Assembly: GCA_964016885.1 (NCBI GenBank)
Contig: OZ024741.1
Span: 300,390,001-300,454,000 of the forward strand
DNA: 64,000 bases
Reading direction: 5' to 3'
DNA from: Eledone cirrhosa
Taxonomy: Eukaryota
The notes beneath the pieces are model-generated. The model was not told the DNA's origin, made no database searches, and saw only the letters and a program-made list of their open reading frames with translations. The translations under genes were made by a program, and so were the position numbers. This document shows, one piece after another, positions 11,173 to 24,986 of this stretch (its first letter is position 1; each line of letters starts with the position of its first letter).

Positions 11173-12001
11173 CATACATATACAAACCCTATATACATAC
11201 ATATTTACGAGGCGAATCTAGAAAATTAATAATCTTGTGTGGATGTGTAGATTGAGCAAATTGCACTGATTTCGAATTAAGTTAAGAGCAAAAATGATCG
11301 ATTTATACGTATAATCCAAACGTCATACATATTTGAGTAATCTGCTCTCAGATGTACATAATCAAATTTCCTCGGGGAAAGTATATTATATTTTATTGAC
11401 AGATTCTAATGTGTTGTAGTATTGAAGATGTTTCGTTCGAATATCAAGTATTCTCAATAATGTCTATCCTATTATTTCTGGAATATTTCGTTTATAAGTT
11501 TTTTCTACGTCACATTTAATGTTTAGAAATGACTACATTTATTTCAGCACCTTCCAATTGTTCCTAGATGTCATTCTTATTAGTCGGCTGGGACATGGAG
11601 ATATCTGGTTCCAATGTAAACCGGCCACCTTTATAGTTTTGCTGCTTTCCTGCTTTACTAATTCGTTTTGTTTAAGTAGACGCAGCTGTAAGCTCGCATT
11701 TAATATTCATTTGATTCGGAGCCTACTAACTAAAATGATATAAAATGTCTTCCTAGACGATGCAACAATATATTCTAGATCACAGATTGTGCATTCCTTT
11801 AAATTTTGTATTTCTAGGAATATTTTACAGCTAGTCTCTTAATTCACTTGGACAACTGAACTACTCTAATGAAATATTCTTTTTTTTCATAATTAGGCTA
11901 TAACATTATATACATTTCTGAATGAATGTGTGTATGTATGTATGTATGTATGTATGTATGTATGTATGTATGTATGTATGTATGTATGTATGTATGTATG
12001 T

Positions 12002-13795
12002 CTTTGCTCACTTTAAAAAATATCTTCAAGCGCAGGCATTGCACGATAGAATTAATTAATAATTATTAATAATGGTATATCATGTATGTATGTTTTCTCT
12101 TTCTCTTAATTTCGAGTATATTTTTTTGACCGGCCACCTTCCTGGTGGCAAGGTTGTAAAAGAAAAGAAATTGTCATCCCTTGAATCGCAAGAATGTTTT
12201 GCAAATTTTGAAGGTGCCAGCTATCGCAGCCATTTGTAGACTATGAATTAGGGAGCTGCGTTTTTTGTCCGCAAATCCAAGTTCAGTCAAACTTTGGTCC
12301 AAGCGGGTTGGTATATAACCCGTAGCACCAATACTGATGGGTATGAAGCTAAAGGTGTATATTGGATACTGGATTTGTAAACTCCTCATCAATGGTCCGT
12401 AGATGTCCTCCTTCTCCTGTATTATTCTGACAACGTTTACATCAAGTGGGCAGCTGATTTCCACAACAGAACACGTTTTCAATGTGTGGTCCCAAACTAC
12501 AATATCAGGCCGGTTGTGCTTTAATTTGGTGGCAGTTTTTATTTTCAGGTTCCACCAGTATTCCTTAGTGCCATCTGTCTCAATATATTCTTCCTCGTTT
12601 GTTGTTAATTTTGTTTTCCGAAGTGCGTTCCAGATGGTTCTAGCTATCCCATCGTGTCTCATGGGGAGGTAGTAGCGAGATGACATTCTTTCGCAGCTGG
12701 CAACAATGTGGCTTACATCCTCGATCTTTGTTTTACATAGCCTACATTTATTGTCAGCTGCTGGCCCTCCTCTTTTGTGCAGCAGATATTTGGTAGGGAG
12801 TTCTTGTTCCTGTATTGCATATAGATATCCCTCAAGGTGTGATGTCATAAACTTGTCGGAACTCCATGCCAGGCTTTTTGAGTGGTTTATTCCCTCTATG
12901 GTCTGTGTTTTACGCCTCAAGTATCCATGCACAACTTTTTCTGTAAATTGGTCAATTTTTTTATTTTGTTTGAACATTGAATAGGATCTTCCGATTTCTC
13001 TGGGTGAGAGATTTATATCAGGCTTTATTCCATATCTCTCCTCCAGATCAGTCGCTATTCTAATGATATTTCTTTTTTCATGCTCATAAACCTGGGAAAG
13101 ATGGTTGCCAACCTTTTTCCTCTGTTGAAGGTGTTGCTTCAGTGTTACTATCCGGGTCTCATATGTTGTTAATATTGATTTTAGACCCCGGCCACCTTCC
13201 TTGCGTGAGAAGTATAGCCTATCCACATCACCATTGATGTTAAAGTTCCCAGTAACACTGAGAAGTTTTCGAGTTCTAACATCCATCTCACTTAGTTTTT
13301 GCAATGACTAGTTCAGTAGGCCAAATGTTGGCGTTAGAATTGGCACAGCATAAGTATTGTGGGCAATGTATTTGGTGTATGCTGACAGTTCTGATGACCA
13401 TATTTTCTTTACTCTTCTGAGGTATTCAGTTCTGGTTCTCTCCTTATTTATGGGTCCATCATATCTGACATTCTCATCCTGTCCAAGATATCTGTAGTTG
13501 TCACCTGACTGCAGAGGTTGTATTGTCAGACCGTTCATCTCTAGATTTCTAGAGGAGGGCACAGCTCTTCCACGTTTTACTGCCAAATATGCACACTTGG
13601 ACTCACCAAATTTCATTTTGATGTCGGTTGAAAATTGTGTAATGAGGTCCAATTGTTTCTTGATGTCATTGATATTTGGCCCATACAACTTCAGGTCATC
13701 AACAAAGAAAAGATGGGAGATGCTTCTGGGCCCACTTCTTTGTCCACCTTCTTTCCTGAGTAGGTAAGATAGTGGATTCAGTGAGAGAACGAAGA
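12002..13795 (-). mobile_element. RLE retrotransposon, family 4, 5'-truncated, flanked on both sides by (ATGT)n
   Basis: HLFFVDDLKLY, YRYLG, AIQEQ, CRLC..IEDVSHIVASC, RHD and RPDIV..VEISCP motifs; one premature TAG at 13308-13310. Confidence 0.9.
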
Positions 13796-13919
13796 TGTAT
13801 GTATGTATGTATGTATGTATGTATGTATGTATGTATGTATGTATGTATGTATGTATGTACAGTATGGATGTATGTATGTATGTGCGTGTGTGTGTGTATG
13901 TGTCTGTGGAGTCTAACTC

Positions 13920-14523
13920 TACGCTCTATCAGTGTTTTATACGGTATGAAATGTCCCATACACTCGTTCATTGGCCACTTTTAGCATGCGAATGGCGGCA
14001 ACACCCAATCTTTGTTCTCGATGCTTCAATGTTAAGCAGCCATACTGTAAAACACAGGTAGCAGTTGCTTGAAAGAGGGTCCTTTCCATTTTGTCTGGAG
14101 GTCTAGACTTCAACATCAGAGATAACTACAGATGGTACTTCAAGCCTTATCAATGCGTGTATTTACATCACATTTGCAGCTAGAAATTTTGCTATCCAAA
14201 TAACTAAATTCTTCAACACAGTTGAGAAGGGTGCCGGATAAGGTTTTGATTATTCCATTTCGATTTAAGCTTATGTATTTTGTTTTGTCTGAGTTAACAA
14301 GGAAACTAATGCCTTTGGCTAAATGTTCAAGGCAATGGAGAAGGGCTTGGCTTATTAGATCTGCGTGTAGTACTAAATCATCAGCATATCTGCATCTGTG
14401 ATTTTTGTGTTAGGATATCTATTACGTCTTAGTGAATGTAGTGTGAATCCATTGTCTTTCATAGTATCGACAGACATTCTGAGAACCTACTCCAAGCAGA
14501 TGATGAAGATATAGATTGCTAAA
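13920..14523 (-). pseudogene. Decayed RTE-clade LINE RT fragment
   Basis: Manual minus-strand translation gives LAIYIFIICLE*VLRMSVD..GFTL..RNRYPNTKITDAD.ADDL..LVNSDKTK..VEEFSYL, typical of RTE RT domains 4-7. Confidence 0.65.
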
Positions 14524-14533
14524 TTATTATTAC

Positions 14534-14720
14534 TGAATTGGCAGTATCGGTAGAGGGTCGGACGCCATGCCTTCCAGCATAGTTACGTCCCTTTACGAAA
14601 CCGAGTTCAAATCCCGCCGTGGTTGACTTTGCCTTTCATCCTTACGGAGTCGATAAAATAAAGTACAAGTAATGCACTGGGTAATTGCTCGCCTTGTGCC
14701 TAAAGTAGAAACAATTATTA
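14534..14720 (+). mobile_element. tRNA-derived SINE (MetaSINE-like core)
   Basis: A-box-like TGGCAGTATCGG, B-box GAGTTCAAATCC, core GCCTTTCATCC..GTCGATAAAATAAAGTAC and an (ATT) tail; several copies in the window. Confidence 0.8.
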
Positions 14721-15442
14721 CTTTATAGCATTCCTGCAAGAAATTCAAAGAATTATGTATCTCCATCGAGGAGATTGTATTAATTAATATGTGATTTAAG
14801 AACATGAAATATTCATAGAATACTTTTTAATATTGAATTCCCTTGAGATGTGCAATTTTGGATTTAGTGGGAAACAAAGCGTTCCACGGGATATTATTTA
14901 TTGTGAGAAAAGCATGAACTGCTGAATGGCATATCAAATATTTTGAAGAATATGTGGCAGTCTGCCTAAAAAACAAATCAATATTTCTTTATGTATTGTA
15001 AACATATGTGCGATTTCTTATGACGAAAATACTTTCCAATTATATTTTCTCAATTATTTCACAAAACTACGTAATTAAAGTTTGTTTTCCAATAATTTCA
15101 AAGCGTTGCATCGAAACACATGCCAATACACACAAATAATTACACATATACCGACATATATGTATATACGTATATATGTATATACGTATATACATACATA
15201 CCCACACACACACACACACACATATATATATCTGTATAGTATGTGTATGTGTACCTTTGCATAAATAAACACATACATGCTTACACGCACACCTATAAAT
15301 AAAAGGAAAACTATATATCATACAGGTGAATTTCATTTGACATAATTTCATTTCATGTCTTGCTTTGAAAGCTACCGATTATATTATATAGTATAATACA
15401 TACGGATGCAGATTTACGCAGCCATATATACACACGCAAGTA

Positions 15443-15495
<53 letters not shown>

Positions 15496-15548
15496 TTTCT
15501 GAATTTGTTTAGCAAGATTCTTTATCTGAAAACGTGTATTGAAACCGA

Positions 15549-17033
15549 TATTGTTATACTTTGGGAGGGTCATGTTGCCAATAAGAAACACAAGCACCAG
15601 ATACTTTCACTTCAATTTATTATAATAAATTTATAAATTTAGGAATTTATAAATTTCCGGTTGGTTGGTTGGTTCCACAACCAGATGCTTGTTTATATAT
15701 TGTCAAAGTTCTTTCGTCACACATTGTGTGACCTCTTCAGTGACTGGGGATTCTTTTCTTTGTTTTTGTACCTCTCCTTTGTTCTGTCCTACGCCATCTT
15801 GTTTCTGTGTGTGTGTTGTGTGCTCAGTCTGCGCATGCGCCACATCCGGGTGTCTGTGTGTGTTTATATTCGTTTATTTATTTGTTTATTTACATGTTAC
15901 TGGTTGGTTGTTTGTTCTATGTGCGTGTGTATTTTCATTGTGTCCTTAATTGTAAGTTGTGATGTTGCTGTTCCACTCATGTTTTCTATTTAATTTGGTT
16001 GGAGTTCATTTATGTTTATTGCCTCTGTGATTTGTCTAAACATTGCGTCTTTTCTGTGAGTAGATTTTTTTATTTCTATGTTCTCTAATTTACCCTTATG
16101 TTCTTTTTTAGCATGTTGGTAGAGTACAGATGATTCTTTACTATCTTGAAGGTTTCGCCAGTGTTCATTTATACGTTCCCCTACACTAAGAGCTGTCTCA
16201 CCTATGTACACTATATTTTTATCTCTACATTGTCCTTCAGTACATCTTATGCTATATACTACATTTCTAGTTTTACTGTTAATATGGGGGCTTAATTTAC
16301 AGATTATACATTTCTTATCTATACAGGGAGGTCTTTGAAAAGGGTATGTATTTATTGCTAATAAGTGTTTTTATGGAGGTACCTGGTTTTTCTACTATCT
16401 TGATATTGAGTTTATGTTTATCTAGGGCCCTTCTAAATGTGTAAGCTAATTCATCTCTAGGTGTTGTATCGATGAACATTACACTCTGGGATTTATTGCT
16501 ATCATACCATGAGTTTATTCTATTAGTCTTATTCCTAGTTTTTTCTATTCTATTCCAAAATTTGCTCCTATACAAGGGGCAGGTCCCATTTGTGTCATTA
16601 TTTCCCATTTTTTCCCATTTGGTTCTGCCTCCTCTATACACTCTGATTTTATCTCTCTGATTGTAACCAGAGAACTGCATACGGTGGATGAGATGTTGTA
16701 TGTGTCTCTCTAGTTCTTCGGGGTTGCACATGCGGGACACGTTTCTCATCTCCCGTACCAAATCCGCAATCAGTATGTTGGTTTTGGTCTGGTCGGAAAC
16801 AGCTGGGTTTCGGAGGATCAGATATTTGGAAGTGATGGGTTTGGCATAATGGGAATGGAGGATTTGTTTTTTGTTATTAATGGTATCTAACCAGAGCTCT
16901 GTCTCTAGTACAGGTAATCTATGGTTGGGGTGTTTGCTTGGGTAGTCTAAAGTAACTCTAATACTCTGGTGGATGGAGTTAGCTATTTGCTGGATGCTTT
17001 CCATTGTGTTTTTCTCTAATTCCTGACTGTTGC
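15549..17033 (-). mobile_element. Penelope-like element (RT thumb + GIY-YIG), left arm of an inverted dimer
   Basis: LPVLETELW, QFSGY, VMFIDTTP and YIGETA..R.NEH..RQITEA motifs; reverse complement of 17217-18678. Confidence 0.88.
15702..15744 (-). ncRNA. Minimal type-I hammerhead in the Penelope pLTR
   Basis: GTCA CTGAAGA g GTCACAC-AAT-GTGTGAC GAAA GAAC T T TGAC. Confidence 0.8.
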
Positions 17034-17035
17034 CC

Positions 17036-18678
17036 ATGAGGAGGGAGCAGCCATTGGTGTTAGCATTGCAGCGACATAGCTAACTTATTCATGGTATGGT
17101 GGGACAGTAGACTTAGACTTAAACTTAAAGAACAATTAGAAGACCCCTTAACCCTGATAATGTACTCCCGCTACGTTGATGATATAAACATCGTAGGTAA
17201 AACACCCCCACTAGAGAACAGTCAGGAATTAGAGAAAAACACAATGGAAAGCATCCAACAAATAGCTAACTCCATCCACCAGAGTATTAGAGTTACTATA
17301 GACTACCCAAGCAAACACCCCAACCATCGATTACCTGTACCAGACACAGAGCTCTGGTTAGATACCATTAATAACAAAAAACAAATCCTCCATTCTCATT
17401 ATGCCAAACCCATGACTCCCAAATATCTGATCCACCGAAACTAAGCTGTTTCGAACCATACCGAAATCAACATACTGATTGCGGATTTGGTACGGGTGAT
17501 GAAAAACATGTCCCGCATGTGCAACGCCGAAGAACTAGAGAGACACATTCAACACTTCATCCACCGTATTCAGTTCTCTGGTTACAATCAGAGAGATAAA
17601 ATCAGAGTGTATAGAGGAGACACAACCAAATGGGAAAAAATAGTAAATAATGACACAAATGGGACCGGCCCCTTGTATAGGAGCAAATTTTGGAATAGAA
17701 TAGAAAGAACTAGGAATAAGACTAATAGAATAAACTCATGGTATGATAGCAATAAATAACAGAGTGTAATGTTCATCGATACAACCCCTAGAGGTGAATT
17801 AGCTTACAAATTTAGAAGGGCCCTAGATAAACATAAACTCAATATTAAGATAGTAGAAAGACCAGGTACCTCCATAAAAACACTTATTAGCAATAAATAC
17901 ATACCCTTTTCAAAGACCTCCCTGTATAGATAAGAAATGTATAATCTGTAAATTAAGCCCCCATATTAACAGTAAAACTAGAAATGTAGTATATAGCATA
18001 AGATGTACTGAAGGTCAATGTAGAGATAAAAGTATAGTGTACATAGGTGAGACAGCTCGTAGTGTAGGGGAACGGAACGGATAAATGAACACTGGCGAGA
18101 CCTTCAAGATACCAACATACTAAAATAGAACATAAGGGTAAATTAGAGAACATAGAAATAAAAATAGAATGTACACACAGAAAACACGCAATGTTTAGAC
18201 AAATCACAGAGGCAATAAACATAAAAGAATTACAACCAAAATTAAATAGAAAACATGAGTGGAACATCAACATCACAACATACAATTAAGGACAAAATGA
18301 AAACACACACGCACATAGAACAAACAACCAACCAGTAACATGTAAATAAACAAATAAATAAACGAATATAAACACACACAGACACCCGGATGTGGCGCAT
18401 GCTCAGACTCGGCACACAACACACACACAGAAACAAGATGGCGTGGGACAGAACAAAGGAGAGACACAAAAACAAAGAAAAGAATCCCCAGTCACTGAAG
18501 AGGTCACAGAATGTGTGACGAAAGAACTTTGACAATATATAAACAAGCATCTGGTTGTGGAACCAACCAACCAACCGGAAATTTATAAATTCATAAATTT
18601 ATTATACTAAATTGAAGTGAAAGCAACTGGTGCGTGTGTTTCTTATTGGCAACATGACCCTCCCAAAGTATAACAATA
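17036..18678 (+). mobile_element. Penelope-like element, right arm (5'-truncated, disrupted)
   Basis: GAAIG.. and MYSRYVDDI RT motifs, then thumb, Cys linker and NVVY/YIGET GIY-YIG; pLTR with a hammerhead. Confidence 0.88.
18491..18533 (+). ncRNA. Minimal type-I hammerhead in the Penelope pLTR
   Basis: GTCA CTGAAGA g GTCACA..TGTGAC GAAA GAAC T T TGAC. Confidence 0.8.
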
Positions 18679-18703
18679 TATATATATATATATGCATATG
18701 TAT

Positions 18704-18781
<78 letters not shown>

Positions 18782-18807
18782 GTATATATATATACTGTAT
18801 ATGTATG

Positions 18808-18849
<42 letters not shown>

Positions 18850-18872
18850 ATTCTATAGTAGGAAAACAGAAT

Positions 18873-19059
18873 ATAATTGTTTCTACATTTGGCACAAGGC
18901 CAGCAAATACCCAGTGCATTACTGGTACTTTATTTTATCGACCCCGTAAGGATGAAAGGCAAAGTTAACCTCGGCGGAATTTTAACACAGAAAGGCAAGG
19001 ACCGTAAAAGGACCGTCAAAGCATGGCGTCCGACCCTCTACCGATACTGCCAATCAACC
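18873..19059 (-). mobile_element. tRNA-derived SINE (same family as 14534)
   Basis: Reverse complement of the SINE consensus seen at 26153. Confidence 0.8.
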
Positions 19060-19154
19060 AATACAGGTAAATTTCATTTGAAATAATCTCTATTCATATC
19101 TCCAGCTTCCAAACCAATCGAATATATTATATACCGCATATATAGATAGATATT

Positions 19155-19790
<636 letters not shown>

Positions 19791-20656
19791 TTTACTGTTG
19801 AATGTTTATCTATGTATATATAAATTATTTTTAGTAAATTATTTTTAATATTTCATCAATAGTTATATGGAAAACAAATATGAATATTTCAAGCTAGATA
19901 ATAATATTTCTTATATTTGTAATAAGTGGTGGTTGTATTTATTTTCTTTCTCACACAGTGTTATTGTTCTATTTTGTTCAGAACAGAAAAAGACTACATA
20001 TGCAATATTCAATTAATATTTTGGAAAATAGTCATACTATGAAAAATTAATTTCAATTATTCTAATATCGTGTGCAAAATAGGTACGTATTTGGAGGTAC
20101 GCCAGAAATTAATTTATTTCCTCAAGGGATATGTGTGTTATTAGTGCTCCCTTTAAATCACATCGAAATAATCGAGGTTTGCATTACACTGTTTAGTTGT
20201 AAGCATGTGCTTTGGTGTATTACATATTTGCAGTGATATCACGATACAACTGTCCAAACTCTCGGAGTTAAACTGTCATTATCTATTATTTACAATATCT
20301 GGAGGATATGAGTATATATTCCTTTATAGTTTGAATACGTGTTATCTTTTCAACTGTGTTATAATAGTCAATTATTTTCGCAGTCAACAGTCGCTACTGC
20401 TCATTGTCCTTTGTCTGCTGAGAAGGGTTAATGTGTTGTGACTTGGCTAGACCTTCGTGTCAGAGATAGGTCAAACATATATACATATGTGTGTGCGTGC
20501 GCGCGCGCGCGCGCGTGTGTGTGTGTGTGCCAGTGTGTGTGTGTGTGTGTGTTTGTGCGTGTGTGTGTGTGCGTGTCTATGTATATAATCAAAGTACATC
20601 CAGTGGTGTCTCCCAAAGGGTTTCATGTGTAGAGCTTTCCATACGATATAGTTATC

Positions 20657-20900
20657 TAATTGTTTCTACATTTGGCAGAAGGCCAGCAATTATCCCAGTG
20701 CTTTAGTTGATCGACCCCGTAAGGGTGAAAAGCAAAGTTGACCTCAGCGGGATTTGAACTCAGAGCATAAAGAGGCGTAACTCTATGCTGCAAAGCATGG
20801 CTTCCGATCCTCTACCGATACTGCCAATCCACTAAAAATATAGTTATATAGCTGTTTCTACTTTTGGCACAAGGCTAGCAAATACCAAGTACATTACTGG
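20657..20900 (-). mobile_element. SINE copy (20657-20832) plus a partial 3' end (20851-20900)
   Basis: Same family: gtttctac..ggcacaagg..cgaccccgtaagg..gatttgaactc..ctaccgatactgccaa. Confidence 0.75.
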
Positions 20901-21388
20901 TTAAAGAGGAACGTTTTGTGATTATTGGACATTTCTCTTATTTTCTACAGGGCAATTTTCCGTGTTTAAGTTGTAAATCGTTTTGCTCAAACTCAGTTAA
21001 GCAGAACTAAGATGAAATATATTGGGAAATATAGGGGAAACATGTAAAGCAGAGATAGATTTATTAATAGACTGCAAGAGATTGAGTAAATGATATAAAA
21101 GAATTGCAGGAGCTATGTCACGTTGTCCCGATTATATCTGCTACTACAAAATAGAAACCACAGTAACACACGTTTCAAATGTTATCTGATTCCCGTGACC
21201 TATAATCAATTGCATTCCTTCCACTTATTCCTTTGACTAAACGTTGGATATATTTTTCAGATACATACGTCTGTTTATCAACAATAACATTGTCATTAAT
21301 AACAGCGACATACTTTGAACACCTCTGATTTATGTGGGAAATACGAACTCGAGAACAGATGAAATCCCAAGTTCAAAAGGCGAATATT

Positions 21389-21640
21389 CAGGTAGTTTAA
21401 ACATGCTCGTGAAATTAATGTGCAAGTAACTGAGCCCTCCATAGGCCTCTCTGCCCAACCCTCATTTTCTTCAGCGTGACACTGTTGCTGATAAAGCTAG
21501 CCGTTTGTATCATAAGTACAACTTACTGAGTTGTCTGGATCAACGTGAAATAAGCTGTTTTGGTCAAGGCACAACGCTCCGCCGGTAATCAAACTCAAAC
21601 AATAGAATCACGAGCTTAACATTCTAACCACTAAGCTACG
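21389..21640 (-). mobile_element. Second tRNA-derived SINE family, decayed
   Basis: Minus-strand head GCGTAGCTTAGTGGTTAG (A box) and GAGTTTGATTACC (B-box-like), followed by GTTGTGCCTTGACCAA. Confidence 0.55.
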
Positions 21641-22584
21641 CACCACCCCGTATGAACAGCATACTCTTGTAAACATAAATATATTCACTTAAACATTTAC
21701 GCACAAATATAAGTGTGAAGAAGCGCAAGGGTATCCTAACTCGTATATTATTATATCTATGAATAGGATATGTCTATTGCCTTATACACAGATCAATATC
21801 TTTGTATTCAATAGCAAATGTGGAATATTTTTCAGTATGCTATCAGTTTGTATTATCGTATTAAGAATGGTATCAATTTAATTACACCATTTTGATGAGT
21901 AATGGCTTCTCGTTTGGCACTCTCAACATAGATTATTGTGTTTATCATACGAAACTGATGACACGATATGGTTTTCATGACGTACCGTACATTTGTAATT
22001 ATATCAGCATTGTTTCAATCGTTATAGCTTATTTTCCAATATGGGATATATATTTCCAATAGCTACGGTAACAATATGTGTCTGCAAGCACTTTATCAAT
22101 TGAATATATCTGCATATGGATAACCGTTTGCTACGGATAATATTAAACGCTACATTGGATGCAAATTCAGGCTTCATATTTCGACATAAAAAGAAATAGA
22201 TATGTTTCAATGAAAATGACGTGATAGTTCATAGAAACATGCATGAACATACATATGCGTAAGAAGTAGACTCGCACATATGATACAATGCATGGGTAAG
22301 CTTATCACAAAATAAACTTTTTCTACTTTAATAAGCGTACAATTTGATTAACCATAGACACATAACATTATCCAGTGCCTCCACAGAAACCCTCATCATA
22401 TCCTTTAATATTCCATTAATTAAATGTTGCGATAGATGTAACCCTTAAATTAATTAGGAGATACAAATTGCTTTATTTTGAAAGAAGACTTACTAACAGT
22501 AACACGTACACAGAAAGCGCAAATTTTTGTACTCATTATTATTGCTATCATCATCATCATCGTTATAACTATTATTATTATTAT

Positions 22585-22634
<50 letters not shown>

Positions 22635-24630
22635 TTAGTATTGTTGTTGTTGTTGTTGTTGTTGTTATTGTTGTTGATGCTGTTGTTGTTGTTCTTGTTC
22701 TTGTTTTTGTTTTTGATGATGGTGATGTTCTTTTTATTGCTGTTTCTGTTGTTCTTGTTGTCTTTGTTATTGTTGATGTTGCTGGTGGTGGTAGTGGTGG
22801 TGTTCTTCTCTCGTCTGTTGCTGTTGTTGTTGTATTGATTGTCATCTTCAACGGCAGCTGTGTTCTTACAATCGCGTAAGTTTTTAAAAAATTATCAGAT
22901 TACTTTGAAAATTGGATTTTATATTTTTTTATATATTGTTTTGTTTATTCATGACAATAACAGAATGGTCATCTTATCGGTTGTATTTCCTCTGTTAGAG
23001 ATACGAATGTCCCCATGTTTTCAAACATACTATTTTTGAGTAGAAAAATGTTCAAATGTATTCTTGACTAGCGGCCTCCCAGCTTTAGCCCCGGTCTGTA
23101 TTGCGCTCAAATCTATTCATTAGGCATCTATTGGTATCTATTATAAAGCCCATTTTTCATAAAATAAAAAAATATTAAAAGATATTTAAATATTCCATGA
23201 CAATTTAAAAATTTTATTTAGAATATCTAAATACAGAAGTAATAACGAAAATAATAGAAAAATGTATTATAGACACGAGTACCTGTGTGCTAGAAAGAGT
23301 AGTACCCCCCCCCCCTCATTCCATTTTCGGACAATGTCGATGGCGAGCATATCGGAAGTCAGATTAGTTCAAAACACACAAAAAATCCTTAATTATTATC
23401 AATTCTATTTATTGTTATTAGTGATCAACGTATAAACAAACTTCCTTTTTATACGGAAATCCATTGAACGGTGTACAATGCCCCGTCATTCATCGCACTA
23501 ACTCTATTGCAAACAATAGCTTTTCGTGAGTCATAAGGACGAAATCGTTTAGTGGCATTCTTTCTTTTAGCACTTCGTATGAAAAAGTCTTTTTATTATT
23601 GTCAATTGTTTACCACCCATCCATTTTATGTCTTCTAAGATGTCCTATATCTAAATATGACTGCTGCCTTCTAATATTTCTCTTTGACAGACACATTAAC
23701 TCTCCTTGAAGATATTCGCAGTCAATTAATACATTGTTGTGTTCAAGGACAAGTTCTGTTTGTAGTCATACTACCTTATTGCCTGCTTACATTCTGAATT
23801 TTTACACTTTCACCAATGTAACACTGTAGTAACTTTTTTATGTTTCCAGTTCTAATAATGATTTTGAGCAAGAATCTGGCATTCAGAAACCACATATCAC
23901 ACCATATACTTCCGCATAGGGAAATAATCAAATCCAGAAAATCAATACGGGACCGAGAAAGGCTTGTTCACTTTCAAGTAACCGAGTTTCTGGTTATTAC
24001 TCGTTTCTAAGTTGGTTTTACTTATTAGGACTCTGTTGCTTTATACTATATGCAGACATATGTAGCTGTGAACAACATATCCATGCCGATCTGTTAACCT
24101 AACAAAATCCATATCTTGGCAGTAATGACTTGGTGTGATTTGTAGAATATATTCTAAATCAAACAATATTGACATTCAACCGACACTTAGAAATTTCGAA
24201 CCAATGAACAAGTGTCTAATTTTTTTTCTCATTCTCTTATATCGCTTACTCTCACAAATTCACTGCATCCATTCAAGATCCCATTCAATTCACCAACTAA
24301 TAAAAGTCTCTGGTTTGTATCGGGTTATGTATCTAAACATCTAAAGAGATCCCTAAAGAACGGATCCGTCTGATCTGCGACAAGTGGTGTTCGACAAAAT
24401 GTTCACTCGATCACTTAAAGTGTTGTGTGCAACATGGTTAAGTTACTACGCGTAAATCTCAAATATGTCTGGTTAACGGCGAAAGTAATAATTCTAGAAT
24501 AAAGGAATGGGAGGTGGGAAAAGATGCAAAGGGGGAGAATATATGAAATTATCTAACAATAGAAGCACTAAAATTCACAACCCTCGTAACATAAATTACT
24601 TAAAAGACGAAATGTTAACTTAACGCGGAA

Positions 24631-24986
24631 ATAATGGTCTCTGATTTAGGCACAAGGCCTACACTTTGGGGTTGGAGTGGAAAGTCGATTAAAAAGGAAT
24701 CCAGTGCGTTCCTGGTACTTTATTCTATCGACTATTAATAAAAAAAAAATGAAATATTAACTTAACACGAGAAATAATGATTTCTACTATAGGCACATAT
24801 CCAGCAATTTGGAGGGAGGGAAAAGTCGATTAAATGACGCCAGTGTATTAGTGGTGCTTTATGTTATCAGTTCCATCAGGATGATAGGCAAAGCTAACCC
24901 CGGCGGAACTCGAACTCAGAACATAAAGGACCATAACTCTATGCTGCAAAGCATGGTGTCCGATACTCTACCGATTCTGCCAATCC
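24631..24986 (-). mobile_element. Two SINE copies (partial at 24631-24735; near full at 24773-24986)
   Basis: ggcacaaggcc..gtcgatta..ggtactttattctatcgac; aggcaaagctaaccccggcggaactcgaactc..ctaccgattctgccaa. Confidence 0.7.
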
